From: a virus
Taxonomy: Duplodnaviria; Heunggongvirae; Uroviricota; Caudoviricetes
DNA length: 57,435 nt
Virus record (IMG/VR): IMGVR_UViG_3300045004_000084
Strand: one strand, 5' to 3'
The position numbers and the translations under genes were made by a program. Below the pieces are notes generated by a model that was not told the DNA's origin, ran no database searches, and worked only from the letters and a program-made list of their open reading frames with translations. This document shows, piece after piece, positions 43,815-52,383 of the stretch (positions are counted from its first letter, which is position 1; each line of letters opens with the position of its first letter).

Positions 43815-44369
43815 TCACTTTTTGTTGCGAGCCCGATTGACGATCGAGTCCGTTACTGACTGCGGGGCTCGCGGCTTTCCCGGCGGCATCCGCATTTTCA
43901 CGTCTTCGGTCGTCGTCCGCTCCCAAACCTTCCACCAGTCGACGTCGGCGCTTATTGTACCATCCGGAGCAAACAGCCGGAAGCCGCCCCGAATCGTACC
44001 CTGTGGACCGTGGCAAGTCGAGCAGTTTTGGGTCAGATACTGCAGGTCCGGGGCGACCTTCTGGGCCTTCGGAGCCGGCGCCTGGCTGATCTTGGGTTGC
44101 ACGGTTCCCGGCGGATCGCCCGGCTTGACCTTCTCGTCGTCGGCCAGCTTCTTCAGCAGCTTATCGACCACCTTGTCGGCGATCTTATCACTGAACTCGT
44201 CCAGCTCGTCCTGAGTGAATCTGGGCGGAGTCGAGTAGTAGTAGTAATACCCGCCCGGCTGGTACGAGAACTTGTATCGCGGCACGATGATCTTCTCGGG
44301 CTCGCCGGCGGACGCGCCCGTAATCGCGAGCAGGCTCAGCCCCAAAGCCAGCAGTGCAAACTTTCTCAC
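43815..44369 (-). CDS. Exported c-type cytochrome domain protein (planctomycete cytochrome C-like)
   Basis: Signal peptide; CSTCH heme motif, GG.RL, and RMPP distal Met; GTGA coupling. Confidence 0.75.
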   Translation of the reverse strand: MRKFALLALGLSLLAITGASAGEPEKIIVPRYKFSYQPGGYYYYYSTPPRFTQDELDEFSDKIADKVVDKLLKKLADDEKVKPGDPPGTVQPKISQAPAPKAQKVAPDLQYLTQNCSTCHGPQGTIRGGFRLFAPDGTISADVDWWKVWERTTTEDVKMRMPPGKPRAPQSVTDSIVNRARNKK

Positions 44370-46084
44370 TTCTTGTCCTCCTTGACAGGCGGTTTCGCCG
44401 CATCATGCGGCGGGAAAGCCTTATCGAAGTCCTTGATCCTCGGCTTCGCGACGGGCTGTTCGATGTTCGGCATCGGTACCCGTTTCTCGGCGTCGGCGAC
44501 CCGAGAGTTGAAAAGCAGCGTGGCCGCCTCGGGGAACAGCGCCCGCCACTGAGCCCGTGTAATAGGCTCGGGGTCGTCCTTGTCGAGCAAGACCAGCAGC
44601 GTAGCCCGCTCGCTGTTTTCCAACACTTTCCTGGCCTCGACTACCGAGCACCCCAGGTCGATTGCGGCCGTCTCCAAAGTGACCGGCGCCTCACTCCACT
44701 CGTGGTACACCTGGGCGTGTAGCTTAGACACTTCGAGCGGCGTCATGTTCGTGGCCTTCTTCACGGCCTTCGAGTAGATGAGTTGGTCGTAGTCGAAGGT
44801 CTCCATCAAGTCGGCGCCGTACAACTGGTCAAGCCGCTGCAAATCCTCCTTCTGGTAAGCCTCGATCTTGATGGTTTTCCTCAATCGCGGATAGACCGAC
44901 TTGAACGGAATGATGCCGTCGACATGGCACCGCACGCACGACAACGGGTTTCGCACCCGCAAGTCGTTGTTAGTAGAGTTCTTGTCGCCGGCGATGTCCG
45001 GCGGCGCCTCTGCCTGCCTGGCACCGGCGTTGTTGAACAGACCGTACGCCTGCAACCCGTTCGGCAGGCTGGCGATCTGTTCGGACGCATCGAAATTCTC
45101 CGGACCACGGTCGAGCAGGATTTCCAGATAGTTCTGCTTCCCCAGGTCCTTGCGACTGTCGGTACTGAACCAGTAGTACCCGCCGCGCACGCCGACGCGC
45201 GTTGGGACGCGAGTAAGTCGCCGGTTCCGCAGGGTGACGCCAGAGAAGCTGACAGTACCCTGACGATAGCTGAACAACTTCGCCACCACATCCGGGTCAC
45301 CGTCGATCAGCTTCTGAAAGTCTTTCTCCTTGTCGCCCAGGCCGAGGAACTTCTTGTAGAACGTGTCCTCGTTGGTCTCGTCGAAGAAGAACAAGCCGTG
45401 CATGATCGGGTATGTAGATTGGCTCATGGCAATCAGATCGGCCGACACGGTCGGCTCGATCCAGAACCCGGCAGCCAGCACCCGCTCCTGTTCGTACTTC
45501 GGCGGTCCCTCCTTGAACCTCGTCAACTTCTTGGTGCCTGTTTGGACCTTCTCTTCACGAGTCTCCTGACGGTAGGTGCCGTTGCCGATGGGCACTAGCA
45601 CTTGCGTCTTGCGGGTCTCGTAGATCGGTTCGTCGTACGTCTCCTCGATCTGCTGAACCACCTGACGCCGGCGTATCGCCGGAGTGAGGAAGTACGTCTC
45701 CTTCGACACCAGCTCGTCCCAGACCTTCGGGTCCCAGTAATAGTCGCGCACGTCGAGGCGCAGAAGGGCGTTGTCGGTGCCGGGCACCCGAGTCGTCAGG
45801 ACCACTTGCGGGTTGCGGCTGAGGCTGTTGCACCAGAAGTTCAACAGCCGGACGTAGCTCTCCCGCTTGGCGACGGGAACGGTGTAGAGCGTCAGATATC
45901 GAGTGTAAGGTCGATCCTGTGGGGCGACCTTGAGTAGGTCTTCCCGCGCCGCGAAGGCCGCCGTGGCGGGGTCCTTCACGATTACTTTCGGGGCCGCCAT
46001 CTTCACGTTAATGGGCTGAGCTGGCAGCGATGATGCGAGAAGCGCAGCCGCGATGACCGCCAGAGCGGCGGCGGTTATGCGCAT
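44366..46084 (-). CDS. Exported 572-aa protein with a CxxCH heme motif (LPNGLQ.Y...SC..CH family)
   Basis: Signal peptide; NSLS, SGV..RNR, LPNGLQAYGL and NPLSCVRCH motifs; SD GGAGG. Confidence 0.7.
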   Translation of the reverse strand: MRITAAALAVIAAALLASSLPAQPINVKMAAPKVIVKDPATAAFAAREDLLKVAPQDRPYTRYLTLYTVPVAKRESYVRLLNFWCNSLSRNPQVVLTTRVPGTDNALLRLDVRDYYWDPKVWDELVSKETYFLTPAIRRRQVVQQIEETYDEPIYETRKTQVLVPIGNGTYRQETREEKVQTGTKKLTRFKEGPPKYEQERVLAAGFWIEPTVSADLIAMSQSTYPIMHGLFFFDETNEDTFYKKFLGLGDKEKDFQKLIDGDPDVVAKLFSYRQGTVSFSGVTLRNRRLTRVPTRVGVRGGYYWFSTDSRKDLGKQNYLEILLDRGPENFDASEQIASLPNGLQAYGLFNNAGARQAEAPPDIAGDKNSTNNDLRVRNPLSCVRCHVDGIIPFKSVYPRLRKTIKIEAYQKEDLQRLDQLYGADLMETFDYDQLIYSKAVKKATNMTPLEVSKLHAQVYHEWSEAPVTLETAAIDLGCSVVEARKVLENSERATLLVLLDKDDPEPITRAQWRALFPEAATLLFNSRVADAEKRVPMPNIEQPVAKPRIKDFDKAFPPHDAAKPPVKEDKK

Positions 46085-46104
46085 AATTGACCCTCCATGG
46101 TCGG

Positions 46105-47757
46105 TTATACGGCCGGTACGTCAATGACCTCGACCGAGATACTAACGTCTTCCGGGTCGAGGAAGAAGGCCACGGTTCGCCCCGATACCATGCGATCCGG
46201 TTCGTCCGGAATCACAATCTTGTCGGTCGACCGAATCTGACGCTTCGTTCCGTCAGGGCGGCGGATTATCCCCCACAGGTCCATCGCTCCAGTAGCCTGT
46301 CCGTCCACCAAGAATCGGTGGGCAACCGCCTGCAGAGTACTTGTCGAGAGCTGCCCCGGAAACCCGGAGCCGCTAACCTCCTCAGCCACGGCGCTCTTCA
46401 TCGCCGCCAAGTCGGGATCCGTCTGGCCCGCCCGCTTGAGCACCTTGAACGTGAGCCGTACGTCGCACGGGATCGCCCCGCGCACGAGAACGTCGCCCGC
46501 CCCGGGACGGACATCTCGGCCCGCCAAGAAGTTCTGTAGGTCGCCGACCAGTGGCATGGCTCGCAACACCACGACGTAATCCCGCTTCGTTCCGATCGGC
46601 AGCGATGCGTCGGTGTCCGTATCGAGAAACTGGACCACACCGGCCTGATAGGAGCTGTACGCGGCCTCTGTAGCCGTCTCCAGATCGGGCACCAGAGCAG
46701 TCTCGTCGGCACTGGTGACGTCCAGAGTACGAGTGTCCTCGGTCACCTCGTAACCGGCGGTCTCTACTTCGTTGGCGCCCTTGCGGACGATCTTTTCAAC
46801 GTCGTAGAAGCCGGGGGCTTCGAGTCGTTCGATGCCGACCTGCCACACTCCGCCCGTCGCCAGTTGGTCGACCAGGGAAGCCGTCTTTTCCAGCCGCACA
46901 GTACCCGGCAGCCCCTGGCTGCGCAAATACACGTCGAGCCGACCGCCGGACGCCACCGGCAGTACGCCGTGATACCGGAGTTGCTCGGGGTCGCCGTACC
47001 CGACCATCGACACCGCTAGAACCCGCTCGAACCTTTCGTCCTCGCGGAGCATGGCCGCCAGGGTGACGCGGTTCGACGCGTTTTTCCCGGCAATTCCCTC
47101 CTGCATTCGAGCCACCAGCTCGGCGTTGTTCTCCGGATTCACGCCGCCGATGAAGTCGGCCTCGGCGTACAGCGTCACGGCATGGGGGATGAACGTCTGC
47201 GGGGACAGCTTGGTGCCCCGACGAATCATACCGGCCGTCCCGTCTTTGGCTGCCACCACGTCGATGACGTAGGAATAAGTGCCGTCACCCACCGGACGAA
47301 TCAGGCGATCGGTCGGGCTTACCACGCTGGCCTGCGTTACTCGACCGGCGAAAGCCGTCTCGGTCACGAACTCCTGGCCGTTGCCGATCATCACGAGTCC
47401 GGCCGGGATGTTCGACGGGACGAACGCGTTGAGAACGACGACTACTCGGCCTCCGGCCGAGGCCCCGCCCTTGCGGTAGAACCGGAAGTTCGACAGGAGA
47501 TCGTCGACGATCTCGTCGGTGGCAATGGTCGGGTCGGCCTGGATCGCTTTGAGCGAGCCGCTCTTGCGGAGTCGGTCGGCCCACTCGTCGTGGGCGGCTC
47601 CGAACACGCCCTCCAGGTACAGGACGATGTCGTGGATGACCCCGCGCTTGGTCTCGGAGTTCGGGGCGTACTCCGCCATCCGCTGAGTGACGTAGGCGTG
47701 GGCTGCGTCCACTGCCTCGGGCGACAGGTTCTCCAGGTCAGGCAGCTCGATCGCCAT
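46105..47757 (-). CDS. Baseplate J-like (gp6/gpJ) protein
   Basis: GV..D....L N-terminus, GG.A.G, F.GG...E...EL..R, G...DVY; follows the gp25-like gene. Confidence 0.7.
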   Translation of the reverse strand: MAIELPDLENLSPEAVDAAHAYVTQRMAEYAPNSETKRGVIHDIVLYLEGVFGAAHDEWADRLRKSGSLKAIQADPTIATDEIVDDLLSNFRFYRKGGASAGGRVVVVLNAFVPSNIPAGLVMIGNGQEFVTETAFAGRVTQASVVSPTDRLIRPVGDGTYSYVIDVVAAKDGTAGMIRRGTKLSPQTFIPHAVTLYAEADFIGGVNPENNAELVARMQEGIAGKNASNRVTLAAMLREDERFERVLAVSMVGYGDPEQLRYHGVLPVASGGRLDVYLRSQGLPGTVRLEKTASLVDQLATGGVWQVGIERLEAPGFYDVEKIVRKGANEVETAGYEVTEDTRTLDVTSADETALVPDLETATEAAYSSYQAGVVQFLDTDTDASLPIGTKRDYVVVLRAMPLVGDLQNFLAGRDVRPGAGDVLVRGAIPCDVRLTFKVLKRAGQTDPDLAAMKSAVAEEVSGSGFPGQLSTSTLQAVAHRFLVDGQATGAMDLWGIIRRPDGTKRQIRSTDKIVIPDEPDRMVSGRTVAFFLDPEDVSISVEVIDVPAV

Positions 47758-47759
47758 GC

Positions 47760-48242
47760 TTAAACTCCCGGCCCCACGTTGAGGGGCATAATGACCTTCC
47801 TGGTCGTTCCGGCTGCACTATCAATCTGGACGGTCAGCACCATCGTTCGGTCAGGGCGAATGACGACCGACAGGAGCTTGGAGTCGGCGTACCGCTCATC
47901 AGCGGGGTCGGTCTCGATATCTTCGCCACGGAGGTTGTTTGACACCTGCGTTCGAGAAGCAAGGAACGCGGCATACACGTCCTGTTCGGTCCGCAGGGCC
48001 TGGGACCGGACTTCGGCCATGAAGTCGCAGCCGCGCTCCGGCTTGTATTTCATCGACCCCCGTATGGTCAGGAACTCGATCAGCCAGCGCTGAGCGAGCT
48101 TCTGAATGCCGACACACACTTGCCCGCCCTCGAGCGGACGTAGCAGATCCTGCTGCAGCAACTGCATGCCAGCAGGTCGCGCCCCGACGAACGCCAGGAC
48201 ATCGACTTTCCGGCCCAAGTAGTCGACGACAGTGGTACTCAT
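47760..48242 (-). CDS. GPW/gp25-like baseplate wedge (sheath initiator) protein
   Basis: GIQKLAQRWLIEFLT.RGS....P.RG motif; size and position. Confidence 0.6.
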   Translation of the reverse strand: MSTTVVDYLGRKVDVLAFVGARPAGMQLLQQDLLRPLEGGQVCVGIQKLAQRWLIEFLTIRGSMKYKPERGCDFMAEVRSQALRTEQDVYAAFLASRTQVSNNLRGEDIETDPADERYADSKLLSVVIRPDRTMVLTVQIDSAAGTTRKVIMPLNVGPGV

Positions 48243-48679
48243 TCTTGACCCGCCTTCAGGAGGTCCTGAGCGTATCGGATCACACCGTCGAGCAGCGGTC
48301 CCTGCCCGTCTTTGTGTCCGTTGCGCCGTCCGGCCGCCATGATCGCACAGCGAACCGAGCTGGCGTGTCGAGTACGGAACGCTCGCTCCATGGCAGCCAG
48401 ATAGTCGTTCTGCAGCCGCAGAGTGGCGGCATCGCCGGTCGTGCCCGGCTCCGAAGGCTGGTACACGTCGGCGAAGTTCTGGCCGATCTCGTTACGGTCG
48501 AACGGCTTTTTCATGCCCGGTATGTCGGTGACGTCTCCCGACCACCCGTTCAGATCGCCAAGCTGCCACTCGCGGCCGGAGCCAGACTTAACTCCCTGGT
48601 AGATGAGTCCGGCCTCGGCGGCGAGTTGCTGCACCTGGGCAGTGAACCGTTCGTGAACCTGGGCCTTCGATTTCGCCAT
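48239..48679 (-). CDS. Hypothetical protein (146 aa)
   Basis: TGATG and ATGA coupling on both sides. Confidence 0.65.
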   Translation of the reverse strand: MAKSKAQVHERFTAQVQQLAAEAGLIYQGVKSGSGREWQLGDLNGWSGDVTDIPGMKKPFDRNEIGQNFADVYQPSEPGTTGDAATLRLQNDYLAAMERAFRTRHASSVRCAIMAAGRRNGHKDGQGPLLDGVIRYAQDLLKAGQE

Positions 48680-49512
48680 CAGAGAACTCCCAGGTTCTGT
48701 CGCTCGTCCATCCGGAGCTGGATGCGGGTCTTCCGTTGGCTCACGGCGGACGGGGTAATACCGAGTTTACGGGCGATATCCTGGTTAGACAGAACCGGTC
48801 TGCCGTACATGCCGAGCGTGTGCTCCATGATCACTCGGTCGACTGGCTCCAGGCTTTCGTACACGAACTGGTGCCAGGCTCTGGTGTCGTCGCTGCCGGT
48901 GCTCTTGACCGCCGGGTCGTTGAAGTCGTCGCTGTCGGACCCGGCAATCGGCTGGAGCACTTGACCCTCGGACAACGGCATCTGCAGCCGACGGACGTAC
49001 TGGATCCGCTTCGACGACAGTCCGGTGTGGTCGGCCAGCTCGCTGGTCGATGGGTCGCGGCCGAGATCGTCACGCAGCTCGGCTTCGGCCCGCGACAGGT
49101 GCAGGCTGTCGAGTTGCACCTGCTCGGGAACGCTGATGATCGCGTTCTCCTTCGCCGACATGCGGCGAAGTCCCTGTAAATGGTTCATCATGAACGTCTT
49201 GAGCTTGGCCTGACTGCGATCATACTTCGGGAGACCCTGTAGTGCCAACAGACGGGCCTTCGACCGCAGAGTCGGACTTGGGTTCGCCCCACCGTAGGTC
49301 TTCACGGCGGTGTTGATGATCGGGTCGAGCTTTTTGAGCATCAGGCCGTTCGCCTGCGGACTGGGCCTGTTCTGCCAAGCACTGAACGCTTCGGCAAAGT
49401 CCGGCTCGAGCATGTCGTTGGTCGGCAGGGCCGTCGAGGACGACGGCGGTTTTGGGCCACCCGTCGGCTGCGTCGGTGCGGCCGGCGGCGGCAGACTGGA
49501 TCCGAGTGGCAT
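48679..49512 (-). CDS. RNA polymerase sigma-70-family factor (FliA/SigB-like)
   Basis: Region 2 (KYD...AKLKTFM...LQGLRR), region 3 (LRDDLGRDPSTSELADHTGLS) and region 4 HTH (SNQDIARKLGITPSAVSQR). Confidence 0.8.
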   Translation of the reverse strand: MPLGSSLPPPAAPTQPTGGPKPPSSSTALPTNDMLEPDFAEAFSAWQNRPSPQANGLMLKKLDPIINTAVKTYGGANPSPTLRSKARLLALQGLPKYDRSQAKLKTFMMNHLQGLRRMSAKENAIISVPEQVQLDSLHLSRAEAELRDDLGRDPSTSELADHTGLSSKRIQYVRRLQMPLSEGQVLQPIAGSDSDDFNDPAVKSTGSDDTRAWHQFVYESLEPVDRVIMEHTLGMYGRPVLSNQDIARKLGITPSAVSQRKTRIQLRMDERQNLGVL

Positions 49513-49524
49513 CCGTGCCCCTCC

Positions 49525-51162
49525 TTATTTCCGCAGCGGCCCACCGATCCACTTCGTTGAGTAGAGCGGATGAGCAGCCATCGAAGTCGGGTCCGCGTTA
49601 TTCTCGTCTTTGCCCCGGCAATGGGCAAGGGCGAACGTCGTGCCCGCCTTCTGCCCTTCACTCGACAGGAACAGTGAGACCCGGGTCACACAGGCGAACA
49701 TCTCCTGACCGAACTCGTCGTCGTCCCCGATGAACTTTTCGGCAGCCGTTTCCACCCGGACGATAGACCCAGGAGCGATGTCGGTGCGGAACTTGCCGGC
49801 CAGCGTTCCCTGACGGTACTTGATAACTTCCATGCCGTACATGGCCTGGGCAAACTTGTTGATGCCGGCATTGAGGCTCTTGAGCACGTCCTTCGGCGGC
49901 GGAACAGGACCGCCGCCGGGAACCCCCGGGGCCGGGGCGACCGGGCGGATGGCCGGCACGTTCATGTTCTCGAGGTACAGCTCGGGGGCCATACCGGACA
50001 ACCACAACGGCGCCTGTTTTAGCAAGACCAGGCCGCCCTCGGTGCCTGGGGCCTCGTAGTACCCTCCGATACCGATGGCCTTGTAATCAGCGTCGCCGCC
50101 GTTGATCTCTGGGCCGCCAGCCCACTCCTTCGACCCGAACAGTCCGACTGCCCGAAGTACCCGGGGCATTGATCCGGAGAGCTGCACGTCGTCGTACTCG
50201 TTAGCATAGATCGTGATGTACGGCTCCCGCAGAATCGGCAGGAACGGCACTACGGCAGCCTTCTCGACGCCCGGGACCACGACGAACATGAAGTTCGACC
50301 CCAGGTTGATCAAGTTGTCCCAGAGCGTCGACCCGGCAATCGTCTCCAGCGTCTCCTCGGCAATGATCTTCTTGATGTTGCGGTCGATCTGTAGCATCAC
50401 ACCGGCCGCCCCGCCCAGGTCAATCTTGAGCCCAGTCGACTTCAACGACCCGGTGTCCATACGCGCCAGGGCCTTCAGAGCTTGCGAGTTCGACCCGCTA
50501 TTGCCGACCTGCAGGCCGACGATGCTGCCCTGCGTAGCCAGGTGATCCTGAGCACACAGAGACTCGAACCACGGCTTGATGCCCTTCTGCCAGAGGTCGT
50601 CGCCCACACCCACATTCAGGACTGTAGAAGCCAGGGAAGCGCCGGTCAAATTGGATGACACGGCTGTGGACTGCTTGGCTTCAGGGGTGACGAGTTGCAG
50701 CGCAGCGGGAAACGCCAGTTGAGCCGGACTTGCCGGGTGCAGCGCCTTGGAGATCGCACTCGAGTACGCCAGGTCGGCCAACCACCCTTCCATCGAAATC
50801 GAGTATCCGGCTCCCGCCGTCCCCCGCTGGTACGCGCCGCCTGTGGTGTACCCGTCGAACAGCAGCACCTCCTCGTTGTCCGGCGGGTCCTCCGGACTAG
50901 GCCCCTTACCCGGATCCGGCAGATCCTGTCCGTGCGGAATCGCTTTGCAGTACACCTTCACCGGCTTTTTCAGCCGCAGGGATTTGATCATCGAGTGGAT
51001 CGGGTGGGCCTTGAGTGACAGCGCGTCGCGGCCCAGCCCCAAGACAATTTGTCCCTGGGGAATGGTGTTCAGCTCGAAGTCGGCGCCGAATTGGATTACT
51101 TCCAAGTCGCGTTGGTCGATCACCGCCCGGAGCTGAAATTTGCGGCCGCGAAAGAAGCTCAT
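49525..51162 (-). CDS. Putative baseplate hub protein (545 aa)
   Basis: Beta-rich; G..R.DI.PGS.V.V near the C-terminus as in hub/gp27-like proteins; synteny only. Confidence 0.4.
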   Translation of the reverse strand: MSFFRGRKFQLRAVIDQRDLEVIQFGADFELNTIPQGQIVLGLGRDALSLKAHPIHSMIKSLRLKKPVKVYCKAIPHGQDLPDPGKGPSPEDPPDNEEVLLFDGYTTGGAYQRGTAGAGYSISMEGWLADLAYSSAISKALHPASPAQLAFPAALQLVTPEAKQSTAVSSNLTGASLASTVLNVGVGDDLWQKGIKPWFESLCAQDHLATQGSIVGLQVGNSGSNSQALKALARMDTGSLKSTGLKIDLGGAAGVMLQIDRNIKKIIAEETLETIAGSTLWDNLINLGSNFMFVVVPGVEKAAVVPFLPILREPYITIYANEYDDVQLSGSMPRVLRAVGLFGSKEWAGGPEINGGDADYKAIGIGGYYEAPGTEGGLVLLKQAPLWLSGMAPELYLENMNVPAIRPVAPAPGVPGGGPVPPPKDVLKSLNAGINKFAQAMYGMEVIKYRQGTLAGKFRTDIAPGSIVRVETAAEKFIGDDDEFGQEMFACVTRVSLFLSSEGQKAGTTFALAHCRGKDENNADPTSMAAHPLYSTKWIGGPLRK

Positions 51163-51902
51163 CGGCTCTCCTCGATTCGCCGGCCCAGGGCCACGAGCAG
51201 GGCCGAGAGCTTGAGCGGAAGAAAGTCGTGGCGCCGCCACAATTCACCGAGTTCCTGTTCCGGTCCGAACAGGAACGCCTCGCTCGCCCCGAGGGACTTG
51301 GTCAGCGTCGCTACTACGGCGCCGAGGTCGCGACCAGGACGGGCCAGAGCCTCGACGACCCAGGCGTCGTCTACGTTCTCGCGGACGCGCCCCGTCAGAC
51401 CCTGGCCGATCGTGAAGGCATTCGACAGGCCGTCAGTGAAAGTCACATCGAACTGATGATAGTTCACCGACACGCGATTGCCGGATTCGACCGACACCCG
51501 CCACTCGAATCGACTTTGACCACGACCGTCGTTGGCAGTCAGTTGGCCGCCGACCAGCAGCTCGCCGACGGTCTGCGGCAGAGCAGACACCGTCGTGGTG
51601 CCGAACCCGTCGAACCGCTTGTCGCTGGCCCGCAACGGCCAGTAGGTGACGCGGGAGTCGAACGCCAGTACTTCCGGCGCCAGGTCGGAAGTGTGGAGGA
51701 CAGTCATGTACTGCCGCAGCCGGAAGTTCTTGTACGCCCGGTCCGGATTCGATCCGAACAGAACGCGCCACGGGTTGCGGCACTCCATCGGCATCGGCCG
51801 GCGGCGAAACTCCGGGGGGACGTACTCCTCGCCCGGATAACCGCCGCCGGGCCAGGAGGTGCCGTCCTCGTCGAGCAACAGGGTTCGCAGGTGGTTGATC
51901 AC
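51159..51902 (-). CDS. Hypothetical virion protein (247 aa)
   Basis: GTGA/ATGA coupling within the tail operon. Confidence 0.6.
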   Translation of the reverse strand: MINHLRTLLLDEDGTSWPGGGYPGEEYVPPEFRRRPMPMECRNPWRVLFGSNPDRAYKNFRLRQYMTVLHTSDLAPEVLAFDSRVTYWPLRASDKRFDGFGTTTVSALPQTVGELLVGGQLTANDGRGQSRFEWRVSVESGNRVSVNYHQFDVTFTDGLSNAFTIGQGLTGRVRENVDDAWVVEALARPGRDLGAVVATLTKSLGASEAFLFGPEQELGELWRRHDFLPLKLSALLVALGRRIEESR

Positions 51903-52381
51903 TTCAAATCCTGCTCCGGGAGGTAGTTGAGCTTGAACGAGAAGCTGCCGATCATCGAGGACGGGTCGGTGGCTTGGAGGCCAACTCCGACCAGGAACGA
52001 CTTCAGCGATATCATTCCAGCGCCGATGCCGATCGCAATTTTCAGCGGCTCCGGGTTCCGCGAAATCCGATTTTTCTCGTAGAACTCATACAGCTTCTCG
52101 AAGCCGCCGGCCGGGTCAGCTCCTTCACACGGATTGAGATACATAGCGCCGCTGATGACCAACTCGGCGATACGTTCGCCGAAGACGTAGACGTACACGA
52201 AGTTCCGCAGAGTGTGCAGGAACTGATAGTTGCCGCCCTGCTGGATGCCCACCGAAGTGATGATTCCCTTGTGGGTCTGGAACCCGCCGAATCCCGGCAC
52301 GCGCACCTGAAAGGGCATGGCCGGGCCGTCTGGCTTGAATTCCAGCACGTTGCCTGGCGAACTGGCAAATACGTCGGGCAT
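51899..52381 (-). CDS. Putative tail tube-initiator/baseplate protein (160 aa)
   Basis: NYQF..TL...VYVYVFGER...L.ISG motif; directly follows the tape measure. Confidence 0.45.
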   Translation of the reverse strand: MPDVFASSPGNVLEFKPDGPAMPFQVRVPGFGGFQTHKGIITSVGIQQGGNYQFLHTLRNFVYVYVFGERIAELVISGAMYLNPCEGADPAGGFEKLYEFYEKNRISRNPEPLKIAIGIGAGMISLKSFLVGVGLQATDPSSMIGSFSFKLNYLPEQDLK

Positions 52382-52383
52382 GA

